Assembly: GCA_905233545.1 (NCBI GenBank)
Contig: CAJOEV010000005.1
Coordinates: 1,425-65,424 of the forward strand
From: an uncultured Eubacterium sp.
GTDB taxonomy: Bacteria; Bacillota; Clostridia; Oscillospirales; Acutalibacteraceae
Direction of reading: 5' to 3'
Length of the DNA: 64,000 bases
This document shows, in pieces, positions 8,446-15,523 of this stretch; positions within the stretch are counted from its first letter, which is position 1, and the number at the start of each line of letters is the position of its first letter. A program made the translations under genes and the position numbers. The notes beneath the pieces were generated by a model, which was not told where the DNA came from, ran no database searches, and saw nothing but the letters and a program-made list of their open reading frames with translations.

Positions 8446-8724
8446 TAAGCAGGCTGAATCCGAAACACAAGCGGTTTTCAGATGCATATTTCCCTTTATA
8501 CTTCACAAAATTTCTTGAAAGACGCAAGTCTTCCTTCAAAATCTTGTTTCGCCTAAAAGAAAATCTGCTATCTGAAAACTGCTGCGCATTTCTCAGCCAG
8601 TCATTTTTTAGATAGTTTCGTCGTTAATCGACGAAGTTTTACCGGCGTAAATCGAGGAGATTATGGCGAAAATATCAGGAAAGGACGGCTGAGAAACGAT
8701 TGGATTTCGGGTTCAGCCTGCTTA
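8446..8724 (+). ncRNA. structured repeated element, copy 1 (unclassified; 5' leader of rlmB)
   Basis: 20-bp terminal helix TAAGCAGGCTGAATCCGAAA / TTTCGGGTTCAGCCTGCTTA. Internal helices are CGGTTTTCAGAT/ATCTGAAAACTG and TTCTCAGCC/GGCTGAGAA, plus hairpin TTTCGTCG-TTAA-TCGACGAA. Homologous to 63494..63715 on the other strand. Confidence 0.7.
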
Positions 8725-8727
8725 TTT

Positions 8728-9483
8728 ATGAAAAATGAAAATATAAAGAATAACGATAATTTAATAATCGGCAGAAATGCGGTGCTTGAACTTCTCAAAA
8801 GCGGACGCGAAATTGAAAATGTTCTTGTTGCCAAGGGCGAAAGAGAGGGCTCGATTAACCATATTCTTTCGCTTTGCAGGGAGAAAAAGATTGTTGTGAA
8901 AACCGTTGACAGAAGAAAGCTCGATTCGCTTTGTGCAGGCGCAAATCATCAGGGTGTTGCGGCAAATGTTCCCTCCCATGAATATTCGAGCGTTGATGAT
9001 ATTCTTGCTCTTGCCGAAGAAAAAGGCGAGCCCCCATTCATAATCATCTGCGACGAGATTGAGGACAGCCACAATTTAGGCGCAATAATAAGAACTGCCG
9101 AAGCGTGCGGAGCGCACGGAATAATTATTCCCAAAAGGCGCAATGTCGGGCTGAATTTTGTTGTTGCAAAAACAAGCTGCGGCGCGCTTGAATATATGAA
9201 GGTTGCAAGAGTCGGCAACCTTGCACAGACGATTGACGATTTGAAAAAGAAAAACATCTGGGTTTATGCCGCCGATATGGACGGACAGCGCTGGGACAAA
9301 ACCGATTTTTCGGGCGGTGCGGCGCTTGTTGTCGGAAGTGAGGGCAGCGGAGTGGGCAGGCTGATAAAAGAAAAATGCGATGTTACCGTTTCGCTTCCGA
9401 TGCTCGGCAAGGTCAATTCCCTCAACGCTTCCGTTGCAGCAGGAATAATTATGTACGAAATTGCGAGACAGCGGTTGGATTAG
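8728..9483 (+). CDS. rlmB: 23S rRNA (guanosine-2'-O)-methyltransferase RlmB (SpoU/TrmH family)
   Basis: 251 aa with IIGRNAVLELLKSG N-terminal domain and a SpoU C-terminal part (LVVGSEGSGV...SLNASVAAGI). Confidence 0.85.
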   Translation: MKNENIKNNDNLIIGRNAVLELLKSGREIENVLVAKGEREGSINHILSLCREKKIVVKTVDRRKLDSLCAGANHQGVAANVPSHEYSSVDDILALAEEKGEPPFIIICDEIEDSHNLGAIIRTAEACGAHGIIIPKRRNVGLNFVVAKTSCGALEYMKVARVGNLAQTIDDLKKKNIWVYAADMDGQRWDKTDFSGGAALVVGSEGSGVGRLIKEKCDVTVSLPMLGKVNSLNASVAAGIIMYEIARQRLD

Positions 9484-9524
9484 GTGTTAGGTGTTAGGTG
9501 TTAGTGTGGCGATTCAGAATCGCC
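9481..9524. repeat. heptamer array (TAGGTGT x3.5) + GGCGATTC-AGA-ATCGCC hairpin
   Basis: TAGGTGTTAGGTGTTAGGTGTTAGTGTGGCGATTCAGAATCGCC. The first TAG is the rlmB stop codon. Confidence 0.75.
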
Positions 9525-9543
9525 TGCAACTTGGAGAATATGT

Positions 9544-12087
9544 ATGAGTGAAAATTTATCAATTGAAGAAATAATTGCAAAAGCCGAAGAAATCAAGGCG
9601 CAGGCTGAAAAACAGCTAAAAAGCGCCGAGCAAAAGCTCGATGAACAGGCTAAGGCTGCAATTGACGAGGTTGTTGTTGACGAAAAAGCCGTTGTCGACA
9701 AGATAACAAGGGCTTTTGAGCGCATTGAAGAGGAAGAAACAGTTAAAGAGTTCATACCTTCAAAGGATAAGAAAACAAAAACGGTTACTCTTCCGAATGA
9801 TGATGACATTAAAATCGCTGAGCCCGTTGTCAGCAGTGATAAAACAATAACTGTCAACATTAAGGAAAACGACAGCGACACAAAGATTGCAGAGCCCGCT
9901 GTCAACAGCGACAAAACAATAACCGTTAACATTAAGGAAAACGACGACGATACAAAGATTGCAAAGCCCGTTGTCAACAGCGAAAAAACAATAACTGTTA
10001 ACATTAAGGAAACCGACGATGATACAAAGATTGCCGATCCCGTCGGTGATGACGAAAAAACAAAGCAGATTGCATTTGTTTCAAAGGCAAAGCACAATAA
10101 GGAGAGCGACCTTCACGAAATTCCGACAATTGTTGCAAAGGAAAACCTTATTGACGGATTTGATGTTGCTCCCGAGGGTGATTTTGTTCCCGAAACGGGC
10201 GACCAGATAACCTTTGAGGGCTTTGATGACGAAATCGAAGAGGTCCCGACGATTGACGAGGATGTTGCCGAGCAGATTCTTGAGGAGCGCAGGCGCGAAA
10301 AAGTTGTAAAATTCCGTTTGTTCGGTCCCGATGAAACGGATTTGAAGCTCGGAAACGACAACGAAATTGAAGAGGAATATGTTTCTCGAAACGAAACAAA
10401 CGAATTCTTAAGAAATCTGCTTGCAAGCAGAAGGGCTCAGAAGCTCCGCACAATATTAACGGGAGTTATTGAAATATTCCTCATTCTTCTGACCGTATTT
10501 AAAAACAGCGGCAGGCTTCATCCCGACTTTTTGAACAGTCCGACTCCGTTTTTTATTACGGCAATAATTCTTTATGTCGGCGCTCTTGCAATCAATTTCA
10601 ATTCGATTGTTCAGGGATTCAGAATCAAAAAACATATCAATTTTGATTTTTGCACCAATATAATCTGCATTGCGGTGCTCGTTCACACTGTGGCAATGCT
10701 GTTTAATAACTTCCTTTGGATTGATAACGGCATACTGTTTGCCGCATTCGGCTGTTTTGCGCTTCTGATGTCGTCGCTCGGCAAATCAAAAATGCTCAGC
10801 CGTACCATTGATAACTTCAAATTTGTAACCTCGTCAAGCAATAATTTCACACTTGAAAATGTTGCAAACGATATCGACGCCGAACGAATCTGCCGCGGAC
10901 TTGTTGAGGGCGAGGCAAACGTGATAACAAGTGTTCAGACTGATTTCCCGACGAACTTCCTTGAAATTTCATATAAAAACGAGCCCGCAAACAAGATTTC
11001 AAGAAAAATTCTTCCGATTTCCATTGTCCTGAATCTGATATTGTTTGTTGTTGTCGGCTTCCTCGATAATTTCAACACGGCATTCAATATGCTGATGTGC
11101 GGACTCTGTGTTTCGCTTCCCTGCTGCGGATTGTTTTTAACAAATTCAACCCTCTGCGATGTGAGCAGTGCGCTTAATGAATACGGCGCAAGAGTTTGCG
11201 GATACGAGGGTGCGGCTATGGCGTACAGCGCAAACACAATGGTTATGGAGGCAAGCGACCTCTTCGGCAAAAACAGCTGTGAAATGCACGGAATCAAGAC
11301 CTTTGACAATGCAAAGGTTGACGACGCAATCATTCATGCTGCGGCGGTTATGACCCAGACAAAAAGTCCGCTTGCCCATGTTTTTGATGATGTTATCATC
11401 GGCAAGCAATCAATTCTTCCGAGGGTTGACAAGATAAGCTATGAGGATAAACAGGGCACTTCGGGCTGGATTTATAACAAAAAAGTTCTTGTCGGAAACC
11501 GCACAATGCTGAAAAATCACGGCGTTCCCGTTCCGAGTGAGAGCTTTGAGAAAAAGCATTCAATAAGAGGAAGAAAGGTGCTTTATCTTTCAATCGATTC
11601 AAAGCTTACGGCAATGTTTGTTGTCAGCTACTCAGCCGAGCCGAATCTTAAAAGAGAGCTGAGAAAGCTTGAAAAAAGCGGAATCACAATTCTTGTTAAA
11701 AGCACCGACCCGTATATCAACGAAGAGAGCATGGCAAAGCTTTTCTCGCTTCCGAAGGGCTTTATAAGAGTTCTTAATTCTTCCTCCGCAATGGTTTATG
11801 AAAAGTATTCTAATATGCATGTTGACAAATCTCCCGCATATGTTGTTCACAACGGAACAGCGCTCGGCTTTGTTTCGGCAATGCGTGCTTCGGAAGTTAT
11901 TATCAGCCAGAGAAAGCTCATTTCCTTCCTCTCGCTCTTTGGCTCTGCGCTCGGGTTCGGCGTTGTTGCTCTTCTTGCAATACTCGGCGCATATACCCAG
12001 CTTTCGGCAGTCAGCATAATTATTTTCCAGCTGATATGGAACGCATTTGTTCTTGCAATATCCAAAATCAGAGGTATCAGCTTATAA
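9544..12087 (+). CDS. P-type-ATPase-like membrane protein lacking the DKTGT phosphorylation motif, with a long repeat-containing acidic N-terminus
   Basis: 847 aa. The C-terminal half resembles P1B-ATPase TM/HAD regions (SLPCCG in a TM segment; ...NTMVMEASDLFGKN... where DKTGT is expected; LYLSIDSKLTAMFVVSYSAEPNLKRELRKLEKSGITILV). Confidence 0.55.
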   Translation: MSENLSIEEIIAKAEEIKAQAEKQLKSAEQKLDEQAKAAIDEVVVDEKAVVDKITRAFERIEEEETVKEFIPSKDKKTKTVTLPNDDDIKIAEPVVSSDKTITVNIKENDSDTKIAEPAVNSDKTITVNIKENDDDTKIAKPVVNSEKTITVNIKETDDDTKIADPVGDDEKTKQIAFVSKAKHNKESDLHEIPTIVAKENLIDGFDVAPEGDFVPETGDQITFEGFDDEIEEVPTIDEDVAEQILEERRREKVVKFRLFGPDETDLKLGNDNEIEEEYVSRNETNEFLRNLLASRRAQKLRTILTGVIEIFLILLTVFKNSGRLHPDFLNSPTPFFITAIILYVGALAINFNSIVQGFRIKKHINFDFCTNIICIAVLVHTVAMLFNNFLWIDNGILFAAFGCFALLMSSLGKSKMLSRTIDNFKFVTSSSNNFTLENVANDIDAERICRGLVEGEANVITSVQTDFPTNFLEISYKNEPANKISRKILPISIVLNLILFVVVGFLDNFNTAFNMLMCGLCVSLPCCGLFLTNSTLCDVSSALNEYGARVCGYEGAAMAYSANTMVMEASDLFGKNSCEMHGIKTFDNAKVDDAIIHAAAVMTQTKSPLAHVFDDVIIGKQSILPRVDKISYEDKQGTSGWIYNKKVLVGNRTMLKNHGVPVPSESFEKKHSIRGRKVLYLSIDSKLTAMFVVSYSAEPNLKRELRKLEKSGITILVKSTDPYINEESMAKLFSLPKGFIRVLNSSSAMVYEKYSNMHVDKSPAYVVHNGTALGFVSAMRASEVIISQRKLISFLSLFGSALGFGVVALLAILGAYTQLSAVSIIIFQLIWNAFVLAISKIRGISL
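9799..10066 (+). repeat. 72-bp in-frame tandem repeat x3.7 (24-aa unit DDDTKIAEPVVNSDKTITVNIKEN)
   Basis: Units start at 9799, 9871, 9943 and 10015 (the last is partial). Confidence 0.85.
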
Positions 12088-12153
12088 ATGCAAAGTGCAA
12101 AATGCATAATGCAAAATGACCTAAAACCTAACACCTAACACCTAAAACCTAAA
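12087..12153. repeat. two abutting heptamer arrays without core (AATGCAA-type then CCTAACA-type)
   Basis: AATGCAAAGTGCAAAATGCATAATGCAAAATG + ACCTAAAACCTAACACCTAACACCTAAAACCTAAA. It spans the gap between two convergent stop codons. Confidence 0.7.
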
Positions 12154-12847
12154 TATCATACTCATCATTGAACATTGCTTCATATTCAAGTTTTTTGATG
12201 TCAAAGCTCGGTTTGCAGGACAGTTTATTTCTGTCAGCATTCTGAGCTTTTTCTTTTTCTCTTTTCCTGCTCCAGCTCAGAAGCGTTGCATAGTGAGAAG
12301 CATAGTCCTTGCCCGTTGAGGCAATATATGTTGAAAGCTCGTCTATCAGATAAATAAGTCCCAGATTTTTGAGCTTTTCATATTCTTCATCTGATAAAAT
12401 TATATTTTCAAAATCTCCATATTTCTTGTTTGTCTTATCATTCTTATCATTATTATCATTCTTATCATTATTGTTTGTCGTTAGCTCTGCGTTATCACTG
12501 CGTTGATACTGCGTTAACGGTGCGTTAGAAATGATTTCAGTTTCCTGATAAGTGCAGTAATTAAGCAGTTTTATCCGCGAATAGCGGTGCGTTGAAATTA
12601 TTGAAATTTCGCCAGAGCTTTCAAGCTTTTTTAATGCCGTTCTGACTTGCTGATATGTTATCCCAAGTTCCTCTGCAAGCCTATATGCCGAGGTCACCCG
12701 TTCCCCCGTTCCGACTTCAATGCCCTTCCATCTTTTCGGCATGTGATTCACCGTTAAAAGAAGGTGCAAAAATACCGCCTTGACATTGTTATCCTGGTAC
12801 CATTCCCAATTTACCATTTTTCTGTGTAGCTTAATCCAGCCGTCCAT
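12149..12847 (-). CDS. phage/plasmid-type replication-organizer-like protein (N-terminal wHTH, C-terminal DnaD-like domain)
   Basis: MDGWIKLHRKMVNWEWYQDNNVKAVFLHLLL... is typical of Firmicute phage replication proteins. The C-terminus YASHYATLLSWSRKR is DnaD-like. It has a low-complexity NNDKNDNNDKNDK linker. Confidence 0.55.
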   Translation of the reverse strand: MDGWIKLHRKMVNWEWYQDNNVKAVFLHLLLTVNHMPKRWKGIEVGTGERVTSAYRLAEELGITYQQVRTALKKLESSGEISIISTHRYSRIKLLNYCTYQETEIISNAPLTQYQRSDNAELTTNNNDKNDNNDKNDKTNKKYGDFENIILSDEEYEKLKNLGLIYLIDELSTYIASTGKDYASHYATLLSWSRKREKEKAQNADRNKLSCKPSFDIKKLEYEAMFNDEYDI

Positions 12848-12872
12848 TTATTCCTCCTGTATCGACAAATTA

Positions 12873-12988
12873 ATTGCGTTTCGTACTGTTTATAGCAAAA
12901 AAATAATTTATACCAAAATAAGCGCATTGATATGCGCTGTTTGGATTGCGTTTCGCTACATACATAATAGCACAACGCATTGCGTTTG
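12873..12988. promoter_or_regulatory. three direct ATTGCGTTT(C)G repeats (iteron-like) upstream of the Rep-like gene
   Basis: Copies at 12873..12883, 12945..12955 and 12979..12988. Palindrome AGCGCAT-TGAT-ATGCGCT lies between them. Confidence 0.45.
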
Positions 12989-13043
12989 TCAATACCTTTT
13001 GCAACATTTGTTTTTTCAATTTGCAACCATTGGGCAACAAAAA

Positions 13044-13131
13044 GGGAGGGTCGGGAGACCCTCCCCTACAATTTTTAATTGTCCGGGTAAAGCGAGAAAC
13101 CAAAAACTCGCAACTCGGAGCTCGCAACTTT
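13044..13131. repeat. REP hairpin with CTAC tail + half module (core + GAGTTGC-type arm)
   Basis: GGGAGGGTC-GGGA-GACCCTCCC-CTAC, then ACAATTTTTAATTGT, then CCGGGTAAAGCGAGAAACC, then AAAAACTCGCAACTCGGAGCTCGCAACTTT. It ends at the GH95 stop codon. Confidence 0.8.
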
Positions 13132-15229
13132 AAAAGACTTCTTCTTTAATAATCTTTCCGTTTTCAAACTCAAGATTAAGCGTTTTATTTCCGTAGAGCT
13201 TGATTCCCTTAACATATCCGCTCCAGTTTTTCGGAACACATCTTCTCTTAAACATCTCGGCAATGCCTGCTGCAACGCCGAAGTTTCCGTCAATCTGGAA
13301 GGGCGGATGAGCGTCGAACATATTGGGATAGCTTCCGCCGTGCCTGTATCCCACGCCCTCGGTAAATATCGGATACAGCTGATTTTTAATAAGAGTCATT
13401 GCATTTTCGGGATTATCCAGCCTTGCCCAGAGGCAAACCTTCCAGCCGAGCGACCAGCCCGTACCTCCGAAGCCTCTTGCATAGAGTGACGCTCTTGTTG
13501 CCTCTCTGATTTCCTCGCTCTGCTGAACGGCGGAGGGATAAACGCAGTAAAGATGGCTGACATGGCGGTGTTCGGGCTCTTTTTCCTCGTACTCCTTAAT
13601 CCACTCGTTGATTCTTCCGTCGCTTCCAATCGGAATGGGCGGAATTTCGGGTGTTTCAAATCCGAAGGCTCTGCAGTTTTCGAAGAATTCTTCAAGTATT
13701 CCGATATCCATTGTCGGCATATATGTAAGGCAAGCCCTTGTTCCGTTGTCAATAAAGGTGTTTTCGGGTGATGAACTCGGACAGGTTACATTAACGCCGT
13801 CCTTTTCAACAAGATAATCGTTGTAGAAATCAAGCACCTCTTTGAAACATGGCTTCATTTCTTCAAAAAGCGCCTTGTCCTCGGTATATCTGTAGTGTTC
13901 AAAAACCTGGTTGAGCATCCACGGAAGTGAACTGTTCCAATATGCGTAGCTCTCGGCGTGCGCTTTTCCGAGCGGGTCGCCTGCAGGACAGCTTGCTCCC
14001 CAGATATCGCTGTTATGATGTGCAACCGAGCCCGAGCAGTTATAGTAGTCCTTTGCGGTAACTCTTCCGTTTTCAATCATATGCTTAACCTGCTCGAAGA
14101 ACGGGCTGAAGCATTCCGAAAGATTGCAGATATCGGTGCACCAATAGTTCATTTCGGTGTTGATGTTCGTTGTGTAGTTCGATGACCAGGGCGCTCTGAG
14201 ATGTTCGTTGAAAATTCCCTGGAGGTTTGTTGCCTGAGTACCCTCTCGCGAGGAGGCAATGGTTAAATATCTTCCGTACTGGAACAGAAGTGCGGCAAGA
14301 TTGTTGTCCTTGTTTGGATGTTTTTGAAAACGCCTGATTCTTCTGTCCGTCGGAAGCTCTGTTTCCTCGCTGCCCAAATCGATTTCAACTCTGTTAAACA
14401 GCGAAGAATGGTCGGCAATATGCTCTTTGAGCATTTCACCGTAGTTTTTCGCATTTGAAAGATACGAAAGTGCGCGCGCTTTTGCGTCCGCTGTGGGCAT
14501 TGATTTATAATCAACAAAGCTTGTTGCAAGAGAAACGAAAATTGTTGTCTCTTCCTGCGAATTAATCAATATGCGGTCCTTTACGAACTCAGCGTTTCCG
14601 ACAACTCTTACGGCTGCACAGCAATTCATTGCGTTTTTTCCGTAATCGAAAACAACGCCGGTGTTATAATAAGGAGGCATACAAATTTCGGGAGCACGCC
14701 CCTCCATAAAGAGCGTTCTTTCGTCACAGTAAACCTTGTGCTTGAGCTGGCTCTTAAATCTGATTTTAAGAGATACATCCTCTTTGCACTTTATGTTAAT
14801 AACAAGAAGCTGGGCGGGATGGCTTACAAAAACAGTCTGACAAACAGCGTCATTCTCTGTTTTTGAAACGCCTGTTTCAAGGTCGAGTTCCCTTGTGTAG
14901 CCCTGCGCCTTTGCGCCTTCGTAGTCAATAATCAAATCCCCGAAAGGAAGATATGCTTCGCTCCAGTGACCGTGAAATTCAGTGTTTGCAATGCGGTTTG
15001 CTTCGTCGTGGTCCTCGTGAAATATCGCTGTTCTGAGCGCTTCGAGGTATTCGCCCGCGTCCTTTTTGTTGTGGTCCTTCGGATATCCCGACCAAAGGGA
15101 GTCCTCGTTAAGAGCAATTCTCTCCCTTTTAAGATTTCCGAAAACCATTGCGCCGATTCTGCCGTTGCCGACGGGCAGCGCTTCTTCCCATCTGATTGCT
15201 CTTCTCTTGTACCAAAGCTTGTTCTGCAT
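13130..15229 (-). CDS. glycoside hydrolase family 95 (alpha-L-fucosidase-like)
   Basis: MQNKLWYKRRAIRWEEALPVGNGRIGAMVFGN...NEDSLWSG is a GH95 N-terminal signature. Start at ATG 15229, preceded by GGGAGGTGG. Confidence 0.85.
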   Translation of the reverse strand: MQNKLWYKRRAIRWEEALPVGNGRIGAMVFGNLKRERIALNEDSLWSGYPKDHNKKDAGEYLEALRTAIFHEDHDEANRIANTEFHGHWSEAYLPFGDLIIDYEGAKAQGYTRELDLETGVSKTENDAVCQTVFVSHPAQLLVINIKCKEDVSLKIRFKSQLKHKVYCDERTLFMEGRAPEICMPPYYNTGVVFDYGKNAMNCCAAVRVVGNAEFVKDRILINSQEETTIFVSLATSFVDYKSMPTADAKARALSYLSNAKNYGEMLKEHIADHSSLFNRVEIDLGSEETELPTDRRIRRFQKHPNKDNNLAALLFQYGRYLTIASSREGTQATNLQGIFNEHLRAPWSSNYTTNINTEMNYWCTDICNLSECFSPFFEQVKHMIENGRVTAKDYYNCSGSVAHHNSDIWGASCPAGDPLGKAHAESYAYWNSSLPWMLNQVFEHYRYTEDKALFEEMKPCFKEVLDFYNDYLVEKDGVNVTCPSSSPENTFIDNGTRACLTYMPTMDIGILEEFFENCRAFGFETPEIPPIPIGSDGRINEWIKEYEEKEPEHRHVSHLYCVYPSAVQQSEEIREATRASLYARGFGGTGWSLGWKVCLWARLDNPENAMTLIKNQLYPIFTEGVGYRHGGSYPNMFDAHPPFQIDGNFGVAAGIAEMFKRRCVPKNWSGYVKGIKLYGNKTLNLEFENGKIIKEEVF

Positions 15230-15397
15230 AATCCACCTCCCGTGGAACAATTCCTTCTAACTGTTATTTGCCTTAGAAGCGCTTAGATTATACTTTATTA
15301 ATAAAATAAAGTAAATATGTTTTTTTATACAAAAATTTCGTTGATTATTAGTGAATATCATCAAATTTATGTAAAATGTCACAAATATTCAAAAAAC

Positions 15398-15426
15398 AAA
15401 GCCGACGGAAACGCCGTCGGCTTTTA
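15398..15426. terminator. bidirectional intrinsic terminator
   Basis: AAAGCCGACGGAAACGCCGTCGGCTTTT. Confidence 0.75.
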
Positions 15427-15434
15427 GTTGATAT

Positions 15435-15523
15435 CAGGTAGTTGGTAGTAGTGGCGATTCTCGAATCGCCCGGATCACGGACCACGAACCACGAACCACG
15501 AACCACGGATCACGGACCACGGG
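15435..15523. repeat. heptamer-arm element (GTAGTTG left, CACGAAC/CACGGAC right) around GGCGATTC-TC-GAATCGCC hairpin
   Basis: CAGGTAGTTGGTAGTAGTG, then GCGATTCTCGAATCGC, then CCGGATCACGGACCACGAACCACGAACCACGAACCACGGATCACGGACCACGGG. It ends at the serS stop. Confidence 0.75.

Noticed and set aside
8663-8692. Mini-ORF MAKISGKDG with a strong GAGGAG Shine-Dalgarno inside structured element copy 1
   Set aside because: In copy 2 the ATG is ACG and the SD is GAGAAG, so the peptide is not conserved. The segment is better explained as a paired region of the RNA.
8446-8724. T-box leader or a known riboswitch upstream of rlmB/prfA
   Set aside because: There is no T-box sequence (GGTGGTACCGCG-like), no specifier-loop/AGAGA features, and no FMN, SAM, B12, lysine or glmS signature motifs. 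The second copy sits between two cistrons. Absence from Rfam still needs a real search.
9501-10097. 198-aa ORF antisense to the 5' part of the P-type-ATPase-like gene
   Set aside because: It is a low-complexity translation of the 72-bp tandem repeat on the opposite strand. The sense-strand ORF is long, has an RBS and has recognisable domains.
12149-15250. Prophage or integrated plasmid
   Set aside because: Only a replication-organizer-like gene with iteron-like repeats is present. The window contains no integrase, structural, lysis or mobilisation genes. At most this is a remnant.
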